Shown piece after piece: positions 61,399 through 64,000 of a DNA stretch of 64,000 nt. The DNA comes from Thermoprotei archaeon (GTDB taxonomy: Archaea > Thermoproteota > Thermoprotei > Thermoproteales > B15-G16). Location of the stretch: contig QMRC01000009.1 of the NCBI GenBank assembly GCA_003649205.1, positions 1 through 64,000 of the forward strand. Direction: 5' to 3'. Under the pieces are notes generated by a model, which was not told where the DNA came from, made no database searches, and worked only from the letters and a program-made list of their open reading frames with translations. How positions within the stretch are numbered: position 1 is the stretch's first letter; every line of letters begins with the position of its first letter. Both the position numbers and the translations under genes were made by a program.

Positions 61399-63810
61399 AC
61401 CTAGATCCTTTACCTTGGTCTTGTCTTGTGGTTCACCAATGACTACTTCCTGTATCTGGTGCATTGCCTTTAGGTCATCTGCTATTGGCTCTAGATCTCT
61501 CGGTATATAGACTCTTGCTCTTAGTGGTTGATTTAGCGCTATCTTCATGCTCTTCTTCAATGTCCAGATCTTGCTGTTGAACTCCATGAACTTACTGAGT
61601 AGTTCTCTATATGGTGTATCCCATTCAGGGTTCGGCTCTGGGAACTTCTCGAAGTGTATGCTCTTTTTACCGTATAGCTTCCTCCATATGTAATCTGTTA
61701 TGAATGGGCATACTGGTGCTAGTAGCTTTAGTACGGTCTTTAGTACTGTGTGTAGTGTGTACCATGCTCCTCTCTGTTCTTCTTCACTGAACCTCCTATC
61801 TCTGTTGTATGCTCTAGCCTTAACTGCTTCTAAGTAGTGATCCGCGAAGATATCCCACGTGAATCTGTAGACTTCGTTTATTGGATCATAGAAGTCTAGT
61901 TCATTCATTGAACTAATGCATCTGCGTATTACGTCGTTTAGGACACTCAACACCATGTAGTCTATAGGTCTGAGCTTGTATTCGTTTGCTGGTTCAGGGA
62001 ATGACGAGATGAATCTAGCTATGTTCCACAGTTTTGTTAGGAAGAGACTACCTGTCTTGAGTAGTTGCTCGCTGAATCTGTAGTCACTGCCTAGCTTTGC
62101 TGCAGCTGCTGCCCAGAACCTAAACACATCAGCACCGTACTTCTCTAGATAGGGTTCAGGGTAGATTACGTTGCCCTTGCTCTTGTGCATTGCTTCACCT
62201 CTCTCATCTAGTCCCATACCGGAGATCCTAACGTGTGTAAAGGCTGGTATGCCAAGTAGCTGATAAACTCTAAGTGTTGTGAAGTAGAGCCATGTCCTAA
62301 CTATGTCATAGCCCTGTGGTCTAATCCTAATTGATCTAAGTGCTCTCTCAAAGAACTCCCTATTTCGTAGGTATCCACAGACGTAGAGTACAGATATTGA
62401 GGAGTCGAACCAAGTATCAAAGACCCTGGTCTCACCTACGAACTCAGTACAGCCACACTTCACACATCTCTCAAAAGGTGCCTTCTCTCTCCAAGGTTGG
62501 TAGTACCTGCCGGGTTCAGGTAGGTGAGGTGTACCACATCTCTTACAGTACCAGATAGGTACTTCCGTACCGTAGAACCTTGTTCTCGTTATTGGCCAAT
62601 CCATGGTTATGGAGTCAATCCACTGAAGTAGTAGCTGTCTATGTTGTTCAGGGCAGAACTTCATCTCGTAAGCTAACTTCTTCAGTGCTTCCTTGAACTC
62701 AAGTTGCTTAACGAAGAACTCCCTCGTGATTATGAACTCTATAGGTGTCTTGCATCTCCAGCAGACAGGAACTGTATGCTTTAGTCTCTCCTTCTTAACA
62801 AGCAAACCACTCTTCTCGAGATCCTCAATGATCTTAGCTCTAGCTTCTTCAACCCTGAGACCCCTATAGGGACCAGCAACTTCATTCATTCTACCATCAG
62901 AGTTAATAGCTATCTTCGGCTTTAGCCCAAACTCCTTAAACAACTGCACGTCAGTCCAATCACCGAAGCTACACACCATCACTAAACCAGTACCGAACTC
63001 AGGTCTAGCTGATGGATGCTTCTTAATAGGTACCTTCTGACCGAATATAGGTACGATAGCGTGCTTACCCTCTAGGTGCTGATACCTAGTGTCCTCCGGG
63101 TTGAATATTACGAGAGCACAGGTACACAGTAGCTCAGGTCTCGTAGTAGCTATGACAATATCTTCACCAGTTTCCTCAACCTTGAACTTAATGTAGCAGA
63201 GCCACGTATCTCTCTCCTCATACTCAATCTCAGCTTCGGAAATACTTGTTTGACACCTTGGACACCAACTAACAGGTCTCTCAGCTTCGTAGATAAGCCC
63301 TCTCTTCCACAACTCGATGAAGGTAGCTTGTGTAATAGCTCTATACTCAGGACTATCGGTACCGGATCTCCAATAGGTGAAGACACATCCAGCTCTCTTC
63401 CACTGCCTAACTATCTGCTCCTCCATCTCATCGAGGAACTTCCTACACAGCTCCAGAAACCGCTCCCTAGGGACTTGCCTAGGGTTAATACCGTACTTCT
63501 TCTCAACAGCAACCTCAACAGGTAGACCATTCCTATCAGCGTAGAACGGTACTAGAACACTGTAACCACGCATCCTGAAGTACCTAGCAACCATATCTAT
63601 CTGACAGTAATGAGCTAAACCACCAACATGCCAAGGACCACTGGGGTAGGGTGGAGGGGTATCGATGACGATTAGTGGTTTCGATGGATCATCTCTAAAC
63701 TCATAATGTCCTTCCTGCTCCCAAAGCTTAAGAAGCTCTAGCTCCTTATCAATAGACCATCTCTTCTCCTCAAGCTTAGGCTTGAACACTAGCTCACCAA
63801 TAAGCTTCAC
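61369..63810 (-). CDS. valS: Valine--tRNA ligase
   Basis: DTPPPYPSG..HVGG, ATTRPE, DTWFDS, AMHKSKGN. Confidence 0.95.
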   Translation of the reverse strand: MKLIGELVFKPKLEEKRWSIDKELELLKLWEQEGHYEFRDDPSKPLIVIDTPPPYPSGPWHVGGLAHYCQIDMVARYFRMRGYSVLVPFYADRNGLPVEVAVEKKYGINPRQVPRERFLELCRKFLDEMEEQIVRQWKRAGCVFTYWRSGTDSPEYRAITQATFIELWKRGLIYEAERPVSWCPRCQTSISEAEIEYEERDTWLCYIKFKVEETGEDIVIATTRPELLCTCALVIFNPEDTRYQHLEGKHAIVPIFGQKVPIKKHPSARPEFGTGLVMVCSFGDWTDVQLFKEFGLKPKIAINSDGRMNEVAGPYRGLRVEEARAKIIEDLEKSGLLVKKERLKHTVPVCWRCKTPIEFIITREFFVKQLEFKEALKKLAYEMKFCPEQHRQLLLQWIDSITMDWPITRTRFYGTEVPIWYCKRCGTPHLPEPGRYYQPWREKAPFERCVKCGCTEFVGETRVFDTWFDSSISVLYVCGYLRNREFFERALRSIRIRPQGYDIVRTWLYFTTLRVYQLLGIPAFTHVRISGMGLDERGEAMHKSKGNVIYPEPYLEKYGADVFRFWAAAAAKLGSDYRFSEQLLKTGSLFLTKLWNIARFISSFPEPANEYKLRPIDYMVLSVLNDVIRRCISSMNELDFYDPINEVYRFTWDIFADHYLEAVKARAYNRDRRFSEEEQRGAWYTLHTVLKTVLKLLAPVCPFITDYIWRKLYGKKSIHFEKFPEPNPEWDTPYRELLSKFMEFNSKIWTLKKSMKIALNQPLRARVYIPRDLEPIADDLKAMHQIQEVVIGEPQDKTKVKDLGSDIYVELLQ

Positions 63811-64000
63811 CTCAATTCAAAGGCCTGTACCTAGGATCCCTCAACTACCTATAAATCACTTTCCACATATAGCCTCCAAGGAAGGTACCTCCCATCACTG
63901 CAAAATAAGCAATGTAACTACACATGTAGCTTAGCCTCATATATCAACTACCTCACCTAAACCTCAAGCCAGTACAACCCCATCGTAAATCACAGATGAC

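Overview
64 kb of a hyperthermophilic TACK/Thermoproteota-type archaeal chromosome (reverse gyrase, rps25e, TBP, Hjc, POR operon, wtpABC, a likely GDGT ring synthase, several C/D-box guide RNAs). Most of the window is housekeeping or metabolic. The most striking structure is at about 18.5-28.1 kb: a decayed tyrosine-integrase element at tRNA-Thr(CGT) that has been rearranged by two balanced inversions, both using the hexamer TCCAGA (19245, 19478 as reverse complement, 28012). Undoing them on paper rejoins the integrase in frame, rejoins a split host CAAX-protease gene in frame, and converts the currently inverted 69-bp att pair into direct repeats. Other leads: an atypical ACA-less pseudouridine-guide-like RNA against 16S helix 18; a roadblock gene beside a prenyltransferase-repeat/HhH-FeS fusion; three Trp/Tyr/Pro-rich microproteins behind a NifX-like/MinD-FeS operon; a degenerate TtuA (Ctu2-like) paralog; and a Grs-like plus B12-radical-SAM pair. 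All family calls come from motif recognition by eye, and rRNA target matches come from remembered crenarchaeal consensus. No searches were run.
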